Below are positions 16,843 through 27,418 of a stretch of 64,000 nt of DNA, in pieces. Origin of the DNA: a virus (Duplodnaviria; Caudoviricetes); the IMG/VR virus record IMGVR_UViG_3300009031_000368, positions 32,001 to 96,000 of that record; one strand, written 5' to 3'. Positions within the stretch are counted from its first letter, which is position 1, and each line of letters starts with the position of its first letter. A model generated the notes under the pieces. That model did no database searches. It was given only the letters and a program-made list of their open reading frames with translations, and was not told the DNA's origin. The position numbers and the translations under genes were made by a program.

Positions 16843-18938
16843 CAGACAACCTCTGTAACCGTTATGGTTCCCTTTGTTATCGTTTCATAACTGGCAACAA
16901 CTATATTGCCATCACCATCCACATAACCGGACGGCCCAAGTGTGACGTTAAGATAGTCAATGCCATCGATTTCATTCTTGATATCATATACGGTTTGCAG
17001 CATCAAACCATCTCCAGGCGTATTGTCTTTCAATAACTCTTGCACATACACGTCAACCTGTGACAGTATTGTTGTCGATACATAGTTTCGACTGACTTTA
17101 ACCTTAACGGTAACGTCAAGTTCAACAAGGTCATCTGCACCCGATACAACATTAATTGTATGTGTAACATCTTTCCTGGCATCTAGATACGTTTGAAGCG
17201 CTCGTATCAAGCCATTGCTCGGCGCGACATAAAAACCATCACCATCTTTTGCAAGAATCGGTACCGACACAATGTTTGATTCCGTATTTGATGCCCAATG
17301 AGTATTGATGTGTTCAGCGATTGAATCTGTAAGTTCCGAGATATCATCGCTATAACCATCTATCGATGATTCAATTCCTGTCATAGATGTATTGATTGTT
17401 GCAATAAGTGTCGTCAACGATGTGGTGGCTACATCTATCGTTTCTAGTCCCGTCGTAACATCTTCATTAACATCACTAAGAACTTCAATTTCCGATGAAA
17501 CAGAATCCGAACTATTTTGAATGCTGCCGACAAGTGCATTAATCAACACCACGAGGCTTTTTATTTCAGTTGCGATTGACGTTACATCATTAACCAGATT
17601 TGTAGTTCCACCAGTTAGCGTTTCATCTGTCAATATTTCGGCAGTATCTGATATGATGCTATCCGCTTTAGCAGATACCGTATTGGCCTTAATGTTGATC
17701 GATGACGCATACCCGTTTATAGCCGTCAATAATGACACTACATTGATTTGTGTAGAAGCTATCGTGTCATTGGCATCAGATATATCATCATGTGCATCCT
17801 CGACTGATGTAATCTGGCTGGTAGCCGATGCAATGTCAGCTTGAACGGCTGCTACATAACCGTTTACTTCACTGACCGTGTCTGAAATATAATTATTGAT
17901 TCTGGTCAGGTCGGCGCGCAGCTCAATATCCTCTTCATAGCTTCTCGTATTGACCGCTGACGCCATAGCCGGTTGACCATATTGACCGTCTACGAAATTG
18001 ATGGCAAGACCTTCATAATCCGATTCAGTTACTGCAACATCTCTGGCCGAATAATACTTTGGCGCATTAGCCTTTATCGACTCCAGAGATTCTGGATCAT
18101 CGCCACCAGATGCCGCATCTGGTTGAGATATCGATAAACTGATCGTCGTTCCTTTTACGATCAAAGGGATACTGGTTGACGTGATTTGACTTGATGTAAT
18201 GTTACCTAGAAGTCCGCTACCTGCCCGATACGTGACTCTTATTTCACCATCTACCGTTGGAATATTGCCAGCTATGCCGTCCCCAAAGCGCAATACCGTG
18301 GGTTCTTCCTCGTATTCGATTTCATACTGATCCGTTTGCTCAGCCGACAGAATATCTGATTCAGTCCATGTTGATGAATCAACGACCACCGTTATCGAAC
18401 CAGACGTTATGTATTTATCAGACGATACTGGCAGTTTGAAACGCTGATTGGCTGTGCCATCTGATACAAACGTTACTGACTTTGTTTCACCTTCCGATAC
18501 ATCTACATCTTGAGCAGACGTTACACCGGCCGACCAGGTGGTGGACTGTGTGGTTTCAAATACAAGCCCACTGATGGAAACAAACTTAAACCCAACCGGT
18601 ATCCTGACATCAAATCCATACGTGTTCTGAAGAGAAACCGATAACGTGGTTGATGCCGATGTGGCTCGCGATGGCTTATACCCAAGCGCGCGCACAATAC
18701 GAGCAGCAATAGATCTCTTTGTGCAGCTGTCAAGATATGACTCATTCGTTTGACGGTCAAGATACCATGACATTGAATGTAGTGCATAACTGACGAGGTC
18801 TGTGATGATTCTTAATGGATCAGTATGTGATGCATTATTGATCACGGAACCAAAAGTTGTGCTTAGACGATTTATGATATCATCGTAAAACGTATCGTAA
18901 TCTTTTCCGACATACAATATTTTATTTAACTGCGACAT
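16842..18938 (-). CDS. baseplate wedge protein J / gp6-like with coiled-coil insertion, 698 aa
   Basis: KD.D.....II, A..LGYKP, FGDGI.G..P, GG.D.ES.E.IK..AP and RAVT..DYE-like motifs. Confidence 0.85.
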   Translation of the reverse strand: MSQLNKILYVGKDYDTFYDDIINRLSTTFGSVINNASHTDPLRIITDLVSYALHSMSWYLDRQTNESYLDSCTKRSIAARIVRALGYKPSRATSASTTLSVSLQNTYGFDVRIPVGFKFVSISGLVFETTQSTTWSAGVTSAQDVDVSEGETKSVTFVSDGTANQRFKLPVSSDKYITSGSITVVVDSSTWTESDILSAEQTDQYEIEYEEEPTVLRFGDGIAGNIPTVDGEIRVTYRAGSGLLGNITSSQITSTSIPLIVKGTTISLSISQPDAASGGDDPESLESIKANAPKYYSARDVAVTESDYEGLAINFVDGQYGQPAMASAVNTRSYEEDIELRADLTRINNYISDTVSEVNGYVAAVQADIASATSQITSVEDAHDDISDANDTIASTQINVVSLLTAINGYASSINIKANTVSAKADSIISDTAEILTDETLTGGTTNLVNDVTSIATEIKSLVVLINALVGSIQNSSDSVSSEIEVLSDVNEDVTTGLETIDVATTSLTTLIATINTSMTGIESSIDGYSDDISELTDSIAEHINTHWASNTESNIVSVPILAKDGDGFYVAPSNGLIRALQTYLDARKDVTHTINVVSGADDLVELDVTVKVKVSRNYVSTTILSQVDVYVQELLKDNTPGDGLMLQTVYDIKNEIDGIDYLNVTLGPSGYVDGDGNIVVASYETITKGTITVTEVV

Positions 18939-18946
18939 AGACTAAA

Positions 18947-19300
18947 CTACCTTGGAAGAGGAATTGTAATGTCTTCAATCTTATTGTTGAATTCATATTC
19001 GATGTAGACATTTATTTGAGTATCGGTTATTTCTGCCTTAACTGAAACCAATGTAACCCTTGGTTCTCCGACCCTTATTGCATTAATGATACTTCTTTTT
19101 ATCAACACCGCTGTTGCGACGTCGGCATTTTCAAACACATATTGATAAATGTCAGCACCTAACTGTGGACGCATACGGCGCTCTCCACGCTGTGTTTCCA
19201 ATATGGTTCTGATTGAAGCTGCAACGACGTCTTCATCATAAACTGTTTCAATAGTATTGACGTCTCCAAGCGTAATGGGCCATGCAATTCCTTTAAGCAT
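18947..19300 (-). CDS. baseplate wedge gp25/GPW-like protein
   Basis: IL.T..GER.MRP..G and I...EPRV motifs. Confidence 0.9.
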   Translation of the reverse strand: MLKGIAWPITLGDVNTIETVYDEDVVAASIRTILETQRGERRMRPQLGADIYQYVFENADVATAVLIKRSIINAIRVGEPRVTLVSVKAEITDTQINVYIEYEFNNKIEDITIPLPR

Positions 19301-19303
19301 ATC

Positions 19304-20182
19304 TTAACCTAACTTTACTTTTACCGATAACATATCCGGTGTTGGCGGTTTTAATGGAACGGTTGACGGTGATGTTGGATTCGTCGGCGTAGTGGTTAAA
19401 TGAACATGGCCAACGGCCCAGCCATAAAGTGTTGAAAGCCATGTATATAGATTATTACCCAACACGGCCTGTTGCCCGGACCCATTGATGTTTATAATAC
19501 CAGAATTGATGTCAACCTTACCGGTTGAGGATATCTCCAGCGCTGTTTTTGTTTCAATCTTCATTGATCCGTTATTCATATCTACTTTGTCGCCGGATGA
19601 TGTTTTTATTTCGCATCCAGTTGAATCCATCACTATACTGTTTTGATTTGAATCAACAACCGATATGGTGTCAAGTCCTATAGTGATTTCATCTTGATGT
19701 TTTGATGACAGCGTAATGATGCCTCCATTAATGACAACCGTTGCATCTCCGTCGTCGGCATGATGGGTTACCGTTATGGTGTCGGATGTTTCATCTATCA
19801 CGATGTTATGACCATGTGGTGTCACAATCCCGACAGCGTTATCCTGTTTGTCTCTAAAGGCTGTCGGAAGCTCATCCTTCCCATACCAGCCACCGATCCA
19901 GATTGGATTCTGTAACCTGCCGCCTTCAAACATAATCCAAACGGTATCTTTTACCTTGGGAACCTGATACCAACCATAGCCGTTACCGGCGAATGGAAAT
20001 ACCGGATATGCCCATGCTGAAAGCGGTGTTCCGTCATTACCGGTTCCAGGAACGATGACCTTTAACCTACATCTATTCTCTACATCTAGCTCTGATACTA
20101 CGCCGCGATAAACGCCATACCATAACCCATAGTATTCCAGCCCAAACCGCTTTATATTCTTAATAAAATCAACAAAACTCAT
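19304..20182 (-). CDS. central spike (gp5/gpV-like OB-fold plus beta-helix)
   Basis: YRGVV, R.KV.VP, P.V.D.VWIMFEGG....PIWIG; C-terminal HVH metal motif. Confidence 0.85.
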   Translation of the reverse strand: MSFVDFIKNIKRFGLEYYGLWYGVYRGVVSELDVENRCRLKVIVPGTGNDGTPLSAWAYPVFPFAGNGYGWYQVPKVKDTVWIMFEGGRLQNPIWIGGWYGKDELPTAFRDKQDNAVGIVTPHGHNIVIDETSDTITVTHHADDGDATVVINGGIITLSSKHQDEITIGLDTISVVDSNQNSIVMDSTGCEIKTSSGDKVDMNNGSMKIETKTALEISSTGKVDINSGIININGSGQQAVLGNNLYTWLSTLYGWAVGHVHLTTTPTNPTSPSTVPLKPPTPDMLSVKVKLG

Positions 20183-20184
20183 AG

Positions 20185-21462
20185 TTATTCCGGTCTATCT
20201 TTTGATGACGTGTATCCTGTCGCATTATCGGCTCTTTGTGCAAAATCCAATCCCTCACTATAGCCTTCACATCTTAATTCCAGACCTGTTGACCACTTCC
20301 CATCCGATATTTCGTGTTCAACCTGTTCAACCCTATATACACCTTCAAATCGTCTTGATACTCCGGCAATCTGTACAAGGTCCATCGGTTTTACATGAAT
20401 ATTGCCCAATATGCTTGCTGTTGCCTGTATGCCGGCCAATGCACGAGATTCATCGTATCTGGACTGAAGCGCATCTCTCTCCAACGATTTATTATCGCCT
20501 GTCGGCACATATGCGGACATCGGAACTTCGTAATCGTCTTCACGGATTCCTTTTGAATGGACCAAACCACTAAGGGAATCCTTTTTACCTTTTGAATCAT
20601 TACCGCCGTGCATCACTCTTGCCATCGGCGAAGGAACGTCTGAAGTACCATTATTCACCGAAATGGTTTCTATCTGCTTTGAATCGCGATCGATCTCTTT
20701 AGAGACAATGCCTTGACTGATGGCCGGCAACCATGCCTGCTTGGCATCGGCGTCAAATGAAAGAAGTGGATATTGGCTAATGGTGGGATCGAAAACACCA
20801 CGCATCACGAACCGGCGAACCGGAACCGAGGCATTCATTTTTTTTAAAGATGAAACGAATACGACAGACTTCCCGTCCCTATTGGTGCCAAACCAAAAAG
20901 TGCATCCGCGCTGTTCGATGACTCCTTTCATCGTTTCCCAATCGGTAACACCACCCTGATCAAGTGCAGGTATTTTGACTGCTAATTTTTGTATCGCGTC
21001 AGTATCACCGTCCATGTATTCCAAGTCATATCCAAACTTACGTGCAATTGATTGCGCAATATCGTGAGCAGACACATTGGACCAACTCTTGACTCCTGAA
21101 GTCCTCAGCATACTGTTCATCGGCTGGCCGGTTAATGTTACCGATACGGTATCTGGGCTAATCGGCACCGATGGCTCAAATACAAGCCCATGATACCATG
21201 GTGTATACAATCCTTCATCCTCGTAACCGAATCGAACCGACAGGATGTTGCCGATATCAAAAATGTGCGGTTGTCGGTTGTCGACAAGATCGATGAAATC
21301 ATCATATGGTATCGTCAACGATACTTCCACGGTCGCGATTCCGCCTCGATTCAAAGTAATCTTTGCTGATTGCAGATATGGGTAATCGGGTTGCCACAAG
21401 TCTATGACTTCCCCGGTGGCGACTTGTTTTATCCTTGCATATATGACGGCTGAGAGATACAT
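20185..21462 (-). CDS. baseplate hub (late control gpD / gp27-like)
   Basis: Position; Q...TDWE.+; G.Y.VEQVEH.I....WST.LEL. Confidence 0.8.
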   Translation of the reverse strand: MYLSAVIYARIKQVATGEVIDLWQPDYPYLQSAKITLNRGGIATVEVSLTIPYDDFIDLVDNRQPHIFDIGNILSVRFGYEDEGLYTPWYHGLVFEPSVPISPDTVSVTLTGQPMNSMLRTSGVKSWSNVSAHDIAQSIARKFGYDLEYMDGDTDAIQKLAVKIPALDQGGVTDWETMKGVIEQRGCTFWFGTNRDGKSVVFVSSLKKMNASVPVRRFVMRGVFDPTISQYPLLSFDADAKQAWLPAISQGIVSKEIDRDSKQIETISVNNGTSDVPSPMARVMHGGNDSKGKKDSLSGLVHSKGIREDDYEVPMSAYVPTGDNKSLERDALQSRYDESRALAGIQATASILGNIHVKPMDLVQIAGVSRRFEGVYRVEQVEHEISDGKWSTGLELRCEGYSEGLDFAQRADNATGYTSSKDRPE

Positions 21463-21463
21463 G

Positions 21464-21844
21464 TTATCCTATCGGCTTAACGATTACTTCATGCTGAAGA
21501 TGATACCCATTCGTTACATGGTAGCTGAATTCATAAAATGGGAACACGGAATCCACCTTGATAAAGATTTCATCTCTGGTAAATTCTCGACAAACCAACT
21601 TACGACAAGGCCCACCGTAAACAGCCGCGATAGCCCTATCGGTTGTCCATGACGTATATCTTGAGTATTGTGTTGGATCAACGACATGTTCATTCCTATA
21701 TAACATCATGTTACGCTTGTATGGGAGATCCGGATAACGGTCAAATACCAGTTTGCAAAGGCAATAATCATCAGCATTCCCACGTATCCATAAATCCAGC
21801 GCAACGATAAGATCATCAGCGATATCTGGCATTAAACCATTCAT
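21464..21844 (-). CDS. hypothetical protein, 126 aa
   Basis: ORF inserted in the baseplate operon. Confidence 0.55.
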   Translation of the reverse strand: MNGLMPDIADDLIVALDLWIRGNADDYCLCKLVFDRYPDLPYKRNMMLYRNEHVVDPTQYSRYTSWTTDRAIAAVYGGPCRKLVCREFTRDEIFIKVDSVFPFYEFSYHVTNGYHLQHEVIVKPIG

Positions 21845-22223
21845 ACTGTTCTTCCAACTTCCCTATGTACCAAAACGTTGTTGGTTCGCCATCTATTCCG
21901 GCACCAGACGGATGTGGATCAAATACAAACCCATCAACGTTCCAAATGACGCAATGACCGAAATCGCCTCTTGGGCTTTTACCGCACCCTATTGCATAAC
22001 TGAATTCTTTGTTGTATTGACCACTCAAACGATCGGCCATGAATCCATAACCGGTTCCGTCCAACCATCTAATCATGGCAGTCCACCATTCTGTTTCGTC
22101 CATATCTTCAAAACACGACACATCATCGATGTTGATTTCCAACAATGAAGCCAGACATGCCGCCATACAGTTACCATTGGTTGTTGGTGGATTATGAAGT
22201 TTTGTTTGTTTGACTGGAATCAT
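21816..22223 (-). CDS. papain-fold / peptidase C39-like protein
   Basis: GNCMAACLASLL (Cys), GHCVIW (His), FDP (Asp). Confidence 0.5.
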   Translation of the reverse strand: MIPVKQTKLHNPPTTNGNCMAACLASLLEINIDDVSCFEDMDETEWWTAMIRWLDGTGYGFMADRLSGQYNKEFSYAIGCGKSPRGDFGHCVIWNVDGFVFDPHPSGAGIDGEPTTFWYIGKLEEQYEWFNARYR

Positions 22224-22528
22224 CCCTTGATAACCTCCGTCAATATCCGTTTTTTTGAAGGAATCAATATGGTGCGTCCTTCATACATTTCGATTTCCGG
22301 TAATCCGAACCCGTTGGCCCAACAGATGATCCACATCAATCGCGGGTCACCATAAAACGTATACGCCAGGTTATCGATCTTATCGCCATCAGTTACAGTA
22401 TACCTGGTGTCTGTTGGATCTTCAATAAATGTTTTGAGTCGTCCAGATTCCCAATAACCATAGCCTTCATGTTCAATGAAATTTGATGTTTGGAGAAAAG
22501 AATTCCTGTGCGGTTTTGGTTTCATCAC
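22220..22528 (-). CDS. LysM-type baseplate protein (P2 gpX / gp53-like)
   Basis: YTVTDGDKIDNLAYTFYGDPRLMWIICWANG. Confidence 0.8.
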   Translation of the reverse strand: MMKPKPHRNSFLQTSNFIEHEGYGYWESGRLKTFIEDPTDTRYTVTDGDKIDNLAYTFYGDPRLMWIICWANGFGLPEIEMYEGRTILIPSKKRILTEVIKG

Positions 22529-25500
22529 TTAACTCCAATCAATTCAATCACACCGTTATCGGTTTTTACTCTACCTTTGATTTGTTGAGTCTTCGGCTGT
22601 TCAATCAGCACTTTACCAATCTGCAACATATCGGTATGCAGCTGATTGAATCCAAGTCTTGCGACTCCTATCAATAATTCGATATTGTCTTTATCTTTAC
22701 CGGCAGCAAGAATCTCTTGCTTTGCTGCAACACGCTCTCGTTGCTCTGATTGAGACGTCGCGGCCTTTACCTGCTTATTTGATTCATCTGATTCAAACTT
22801 AATGCCAAATCGTGCCGCCATATCGGTGACAATGTTTTTGATGAATGTGAATCCACCGGTCAATTTATCTATCGCGGCTTTAATCGAATTGGTAATACCG
22901 GTAAGGATTAAATCCCCCAATCCGATGACCGTTGTAATGACCGTCGAAATAACATCAGAAGCCGTTGAAACGATAGATTTGATCGATTCAAAAACACTAT
23001 AGAATGCATTCTTTAATGAATCCAAAACCGGTTGAACCCAGCCCATGATTTTACCGAAATCCTCACCAATCACGGTGTTGACCGAGTTACCAAACATCCA
23101 CTGAATCAATCCCCAGAAATCATTAAACGCAGATTTCATTGTGTCGATTACTGGATTCACGTAACCCATGATTAGATCGAAGTCGCGTTTTATCATCCGG
23201 CTCAAGCTGTTTTCACTACCATAACCAAAGATCATACTTACTGTTTCGACTATATCGGAAATGCCTTGTAGAAATCCTCCAACGAACGTATCAAACAGTC
23301 CATACGCGGTATCAACAAACGCTTGCATTTTATTTTTGACATCTTCACCAAAAATGCCGCCGACGATTTGAACAATGAAATCAGTAACCGTTTTGGCAAT
23401 TCCAGAGAATATGGTGAATACAGACTGCAAGAACTTTGGAATAAACGATATCAATCCAAACCCAGTATCCAACAACAATTTTAAAGCAATCGCTATCGGC
23501 TTACCGATATATGTAGAAATGACTCCTAGCCAATCGATATTCATTAGGAACACGGTAAAACTTGAAACAGCGCCCATTACCCATTCGCCAAGCGCTGATC
23601 CAATACTTTTTGTTCCATCTTTTTTACTAAAGAAACCAGTAACAAATGCTAAATATTTATCACCAAGTCCCGACAACTTGCCGGCGATATCGAAGCCACT
23701 AATCGCTTCAAACACATAATCAAAAAATCTCGATACCGGCTCAAGTATCGTTTTATTGTAGTCAAAATCACTAAACATCACGAACTTATCGCTCAGATAT
23801 GAACTGACATCAGTCAACATGCCGGACAGCGATTGACTCAAATTTGAGCCAACTTTTTTCAAGCCAGACCCCTTTGTATCATCTGTTGAAAACAATGAGC
23901 CTATTCCAATGCCATCAAAGCTAAGTGTAGACTTGAGCGATTCAAAAGCAGATGTGAATGATAGTTTGAACAATTTCAGTAATGCACCGCCCAGTTTTTT
24001 AACGGCTGGTTTGAGTATTGCGAACGTTCCAAATATTTTACCAAGTCGTTCAAATGCCTTACTGAATGCTGCTGAAATGCTTCCATTTCCTTCCAACAAG
24101 TTATCGGCGAAATTGGAAATATAATTAGCCGCACTGTCTATCCATCCCGCCACAAAACCTAATCCCCAATCCAATACCGTTACAATCTTGTTAACGAACC
24201 TCCCACCGCCATCACTGGCAAGCAGGAACGCGCCTGCAATGGCGGCCAAGGCTAATGGGATTGCTGCAAATACACCGGTCAACAACACGCCACCGATACT
24301 GGTAATTGTTGCAAAGACTGAACCTAAACCGGCTAACGATACGCCTAATGCCGATAATGGTCCACCAAGAAGCAATCCAAGCGCATATCCTAACTTGGTC
24401 AACAACCCGCTAAAAGGTATCAGAGCCGATTTACCCAATATGCCAACCGCCGACAATATAGCGCCGAATGGTTTACCGATTGTCGCTCCGACTCCAAGCA
24501 ATCCACCAACGGCACCGGTTAATCCACTGGTGAGAAATGGCAACACGATGGCGATCTTCATCATACTGTCAAGGTATGGTTGCATGACGTCAACCGTCAT
24601 ACCTGTTACCTTACCGAAGATGAACATCTGTTCTGCCATTCCAGCAATTTCTTTATTCTGTGAATCTAACGGAAGGAATGCGGCACCACCGATCTTCTGA
24701 AACTCAGAAAGCTTTCTGACAAACATGCCCATCGGGCCATCTTTAGATGCCGTCTGTGTCAGATTTAATGCAAACCTATCCATGGCTGGAATAACTTTTC
24801 GATAGAATAACTGATCAATCTTAGCGCCACGAATATCCCTAACTTTCTGCTCAAACATATCCATCGAAAGCTGAACAGAATCAGATAAAGTCCGGCCACT
24901 TCGATAGTATTGCTTTACCGCTTTTGCCGTTCTACCGGCCGCGCCTTCAATCGGCTTGCTGACATCTCCAATCTTTGCAAAGGCTCGCTCTACTTCTGGA
25001 CCTTGCGTCAACAGTTTAGTCAATTCTGGATTGATTTCCGCCAGATCGAATGCAAACTTGTCCATGAACGTTTGCGCGCTGCCGCCTTTTGCGGAAGCCG
25101 TTTGTGACATGGTTCTTAAACGCTTAATGAATTCCAGAGAATCGCTATCAAGCAGAGCCATCGCTTCATCGACGCTACCGGTATTGGTGGCAATGGTCTT
25201 TATCAGTTCTGGAAACTCGCCCATTCCGACAAACAGCTTACGGTATTCATTTCTAGCTTCTTGCATTTTGGTGGTCAGAGATAGTGCCGCTTGGATCGAT
25301 TCTGATCCTTTTATGCCAAGCGAATCCTGCATCACCGCTGCAAGTCCTTGCGTGCTTCTAACCATGTCGGCGACAGCTTCCGGGCCTTTTCGTTGAAACG
25401 TATTGGTCAGCAGCGGGCCAAGCTCATTTAGTATTGTTTCAACCGATGTCAATCCGGCCGCTCCAAGATGCCCTTTTTCAGCAATCAGCACCATGTCATC

Positions 25501-26067
25501 AATAAGCCGCATTGATGTTTTACTATCAAGACCTAGTGTTGTCATATTGCTGAACGTATTCGATAACTGTTCGCCCGACATTCCAAGCAATTTCGATGTT
25601 TTAAGAAATTCGGTAAACGTGAGGCCGAACTTCTTAATATCAACGCCTTGTTCCGTCAGTGCCTTGAATGATTCAACCGCTGATCCGATGTCGGAATTAG
25701 TGGCAAGCGCTGCTGATTGAATGGTTGACTTCCACCGGTTCAATTCTTTACTGCTTAATGCCAGACCAACGGCTGCCGTCGATACCATCTCATCTATTTG
25801 AACCCTATTTGATTCAAACGTATTGGTAAGGCGACTGATATCCTTATCCATGCCGATATATTCACCAAGCTGGTTCTTGATATCGGTTAGCTTGGTAAAA
25901 TTGAGTGCATTGATGAAATTGCCGAATTTACTTGAACCGGCGACACTATTCATGCCGACGATAGAGTTTTTTATTCCCTCGAATCCTGTCCTGGCAACAT
26001 CAACGGCCTTTTTGAGATCTGTTGCTGCCCCACGCATCACGACCCCAAGGCCAAGCTCTCTAAGCAT
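22525..26067 (-). CDS. tape measure protein, 1180 aa
   Basis: Long helical protein with a central hydrophobic region and W/F periodicity, downstream of the chaperone. Confidence 0.9.
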   Translation of the reverse strand: MLRELGLGVVMRGAATDLKKAVDVARTGFEGIKNSIVGMNSVAGSSKFGNFINALNFTKLTDIKNQLGEYIGMDKDISRLTNTFESNRVQIDEMVSTAAVGLALSSKELNRWKSTIQSAALATNSDIGSAVESFKALTEQGVDIKKFGLTFTEFLKTSKLLGMSGEQLSNTFSNMTTLGLDSKTSMRLIDDMVLIAEKGHLGAAGLTSVETILNELGPLLTNTFQRKGPEAVADMVRSTQGLAAVMQDSLGIKGSESIQAALSLTTKMQEARNEYRKLFVGMGEFPELIKTIATNTGSVDEAMALLDSDSLEFIKRLRTMSQTASAKGGSAQTFMDKFAFDLAEINPELTKLLTQGPEVERAFAKIGDVSKPIEGAAGRTAKAVKQYYRSGRTLSDSVQLSMDMFEQKVRDIRGAKIDQLFYRKVIPAMDRFALNLTQTASKDGPMGMFVRKLSEFQKIGGAAFLPLDSQNKEIAGMAEQMFIFGKVTGMTVDVMQPYLDSMMKIAIVLPFLTSGLTGAVGGLLGVGATIGKPFGAILSAVGILGKSALIPFSGLLTKLGYALGLLLGGPLSALGVSLAGLGSVFATITSIGGVLLTGVFAAIPLALAAIAGAFLLASDGGGRFVNKIVTVLDWGLGFVAGWIDSAANYISNFADNLLEGNGSISAAFSKAFERLGKIFGTFAILKPAVKKLGGALLKLFKLSFTSAFESLKSTLSFDGIGIGSLFSTDDTKGSGLKKVGSNLSQSLSGMLTDVSSYLSDKFVMFSDFDYNKTILEPVSRFFDYVFEAISGFDIAGKLSGLGDKYLAFVTGFFSKKDGTKSIGSALGEWVMGAVSSFTVFLMNIDWLGVISTYIGKPIAIALKLLLDTGFGLISFIPKFLQSVFTIFSGIAKTVTDFIVQIVGGIFGEDVKNKMQAFVDTAYGLFDTFVGGFLQGISDIVETVSMIFGYGSENSLSRMIKRDFDLIMGYVNPVIDTMKSAFNDFWGLIQWMFGNSVNTVIGEDFGKIMGWVQPVLDSLKNAFYSVFESIKSIVSTASDVISTVITTVIGLGDLILTGITNSIKAAIDKLTGGFTFIKNIVTDMAARFGIKFESDESNKQVKAATSQSEQRERVAAKQEILAAGKDKDNIELLIGVARLGFNQLHTDMLQIGKVLIEQPKTQQIKGRVKTDNGVIELIGVK

Positions 26068-26117
26068 AGAACTCTCCTAAAATATCTGTCCTGTTTAATT
26101 GTATTGAATACCTGAAG

Positions 26118-26294
26118 TTATCGGCGTTTTGACATGAGGCCGTTTAGCGGATTGTTTTTATTCTCTTCTTTTGCAATCAGTTCTTGCATATAGAGAAGAT
26201 TTTTACGACGACTGTAGGGGATAGACATGAATTCTGTTACACCCATGCCCCAGAATTTCATAGCTTCCAATTGTTCATGGATCAAGATACTCAT
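26118..26294 (-). CDS. second tail chaperone segment (lambda T-like), 58 aa; absent from the ORF track
   Basis: Hand translation MSILIHEQLEAMKFWGMGVTEFMSIPYSRRK...; lies in the -1 frame of the upstream gene. Confidence 0.65.
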   Translation of the reverse strand: MSILIHEQLEAMKFWGMGVTEFMSIPYSRRKNLLYMQELIAKEENKNNPLNGLMSKRR

Positions 26295-27169
26295 GTCTCC
26301 AATTGGAGAAAAAAATCAACACCCATCGGAATTGGAAGTCGTGCAATTCTGCCACAAGCCGGATTACAACATTCATGTTCAAACGACATTTCGATCCCAC
26401 CTTCATGCCGCTTGAATTGTGTCCTTAATTGTGCCCTATCTCGCATTCTTAGCGATTTGACAATCGTAATGGCTTCAGCAATACCCTTCTTGGTGGCAAG
26501 GTCTAACTGCTTATCATCAAAGCTAATGACGCGAGCTACAATCATATAGGTAAGAACATCATCAATGGTATGAGTCCTTGCCAACTGCTCTAGCTCTTTG
26601 GCCGATTTCCCATTCAACACACGCCACCGGGCTGATGAAAACAATCCACCGGGCTTAAACGTCTCGATAAATTCTTGCCGGTGTGGATCTTCAGGTTCAA
26701 TTGATTCCAATTCATTGAGTGGAACAAAGACGTTATCGCCATCAACCGTTTTACATTTTTCGCAGGTAATCTTAACCTTATACTGATCTCCAAGCGATAG
26801 ACTTCTCAATGCAACCATGATGGCGATACGATCACCTTCCGGCATAGACGAAGCCGCGATACTGATGGTTCTTGTATCGGTGATTTCATCAATCGAAATA
26901 ATCTCATTGGTGAGGATTGAATTCACCGCATCTGCCCAAAGCAATTTTCCATTCATCGCACTTGCAATGGTGTCTTCCGACTTGCCGCCCATTTCTTTGA
27001 CAACAACCGTCTTGTGAAGCACACCTTCACCATCCAGCCATCCAGACGGAAGCCTTACTGATGCAAATCCTGGACGAACATCCAGATCAACAAACATTCC
27101 ACCACCAGCCGTCCCACCATTATCGATGGCTTGCTGTTGCGCCTTATCGTTCAACTCTTCTTTTGTCAT
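26291..27169 (-). CDS. tail assembly chaperone / baseplate hub assembly protein (gp26-like)
   Basis: D...+..ALR..S.G......TC..C; second CxxxxC near the C-terminus; sits before the tape measure gene. Confidence 0.7.
   Translation of the reverse strand: MTKEELNDKAQQQAIDNGGTAGGGMFVDLDVRPGFASVRLPSGWLDGEGVLHKTVVVKEMGGKSEDTIASAMNGKLLWADAVNSILTNEIISIDEITDTRTISIAASSMPEGDRIAIMVALRSLSLGDQYKVKITCEKCKTVDGDNVFVPLNELESIEPEDPHRQEFIETFKPGGLFSSARWRVLNGKSAKELEQLARTHTIDDVLTYMIVARVISFDDKQLDLATKKGIAEAITIVKSLRMRDRAQLRTQFKRHEGGIEMSFEHECCNPACGRIARLPIPMGVDFFLQLET
26309..26315 (-). other. -1 slippery site T TTT TTT in the tail chaperone gene
   Basis: GAT TTT TTT CTC; the -1 frame reads FSPIGD into the 58-aa ORF. Confidence 0.55.
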
Positions 27170-27224
27170 AAAATAGATCTCCTAAATTTAAAATCATTGT
27201 ATCATTTCGTGCAATTGATTGCAA

Positions 27225-27416
27225 TCACTTCTTTTTGCTTTTTAGCATTCTACTAACGCGCCAATAATGGTTGAACAGTTTATCGTCAAGTTTTAGGTTA
27301 TTGAATGCTGTTGCTGGAACAAATGTGGTGCTTAATCCCATGAACCGCTTAATGGCCGGCTGAACGACAAGCATAGGTTTAACAAATCCAATCGGTGCAA
27401 TATCTGCTTGAACCAT
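27225..27416 (-). CDS. hypothetical protein, 63 aa
   Basis: Fills the gap after the tube paralog. Confidence 0.45.
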   Translation of the reverse strand: MVQADIAPIGFVKPMLVVQPAIKRFMGLSTTFVPATAFNNLKLDDKLFNHYWRVSRMLKSKKK

Positions 27417-27418
27417 GT

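Noticed and set aside
14239-25720. Long plus-strand ORFs in the track (e.g. 14239-14763, 24188-24700, 24956-25396)
   Set aside because: They are antisense shadows of well-supported structural genes, with no RBS and no recognisable motifs.
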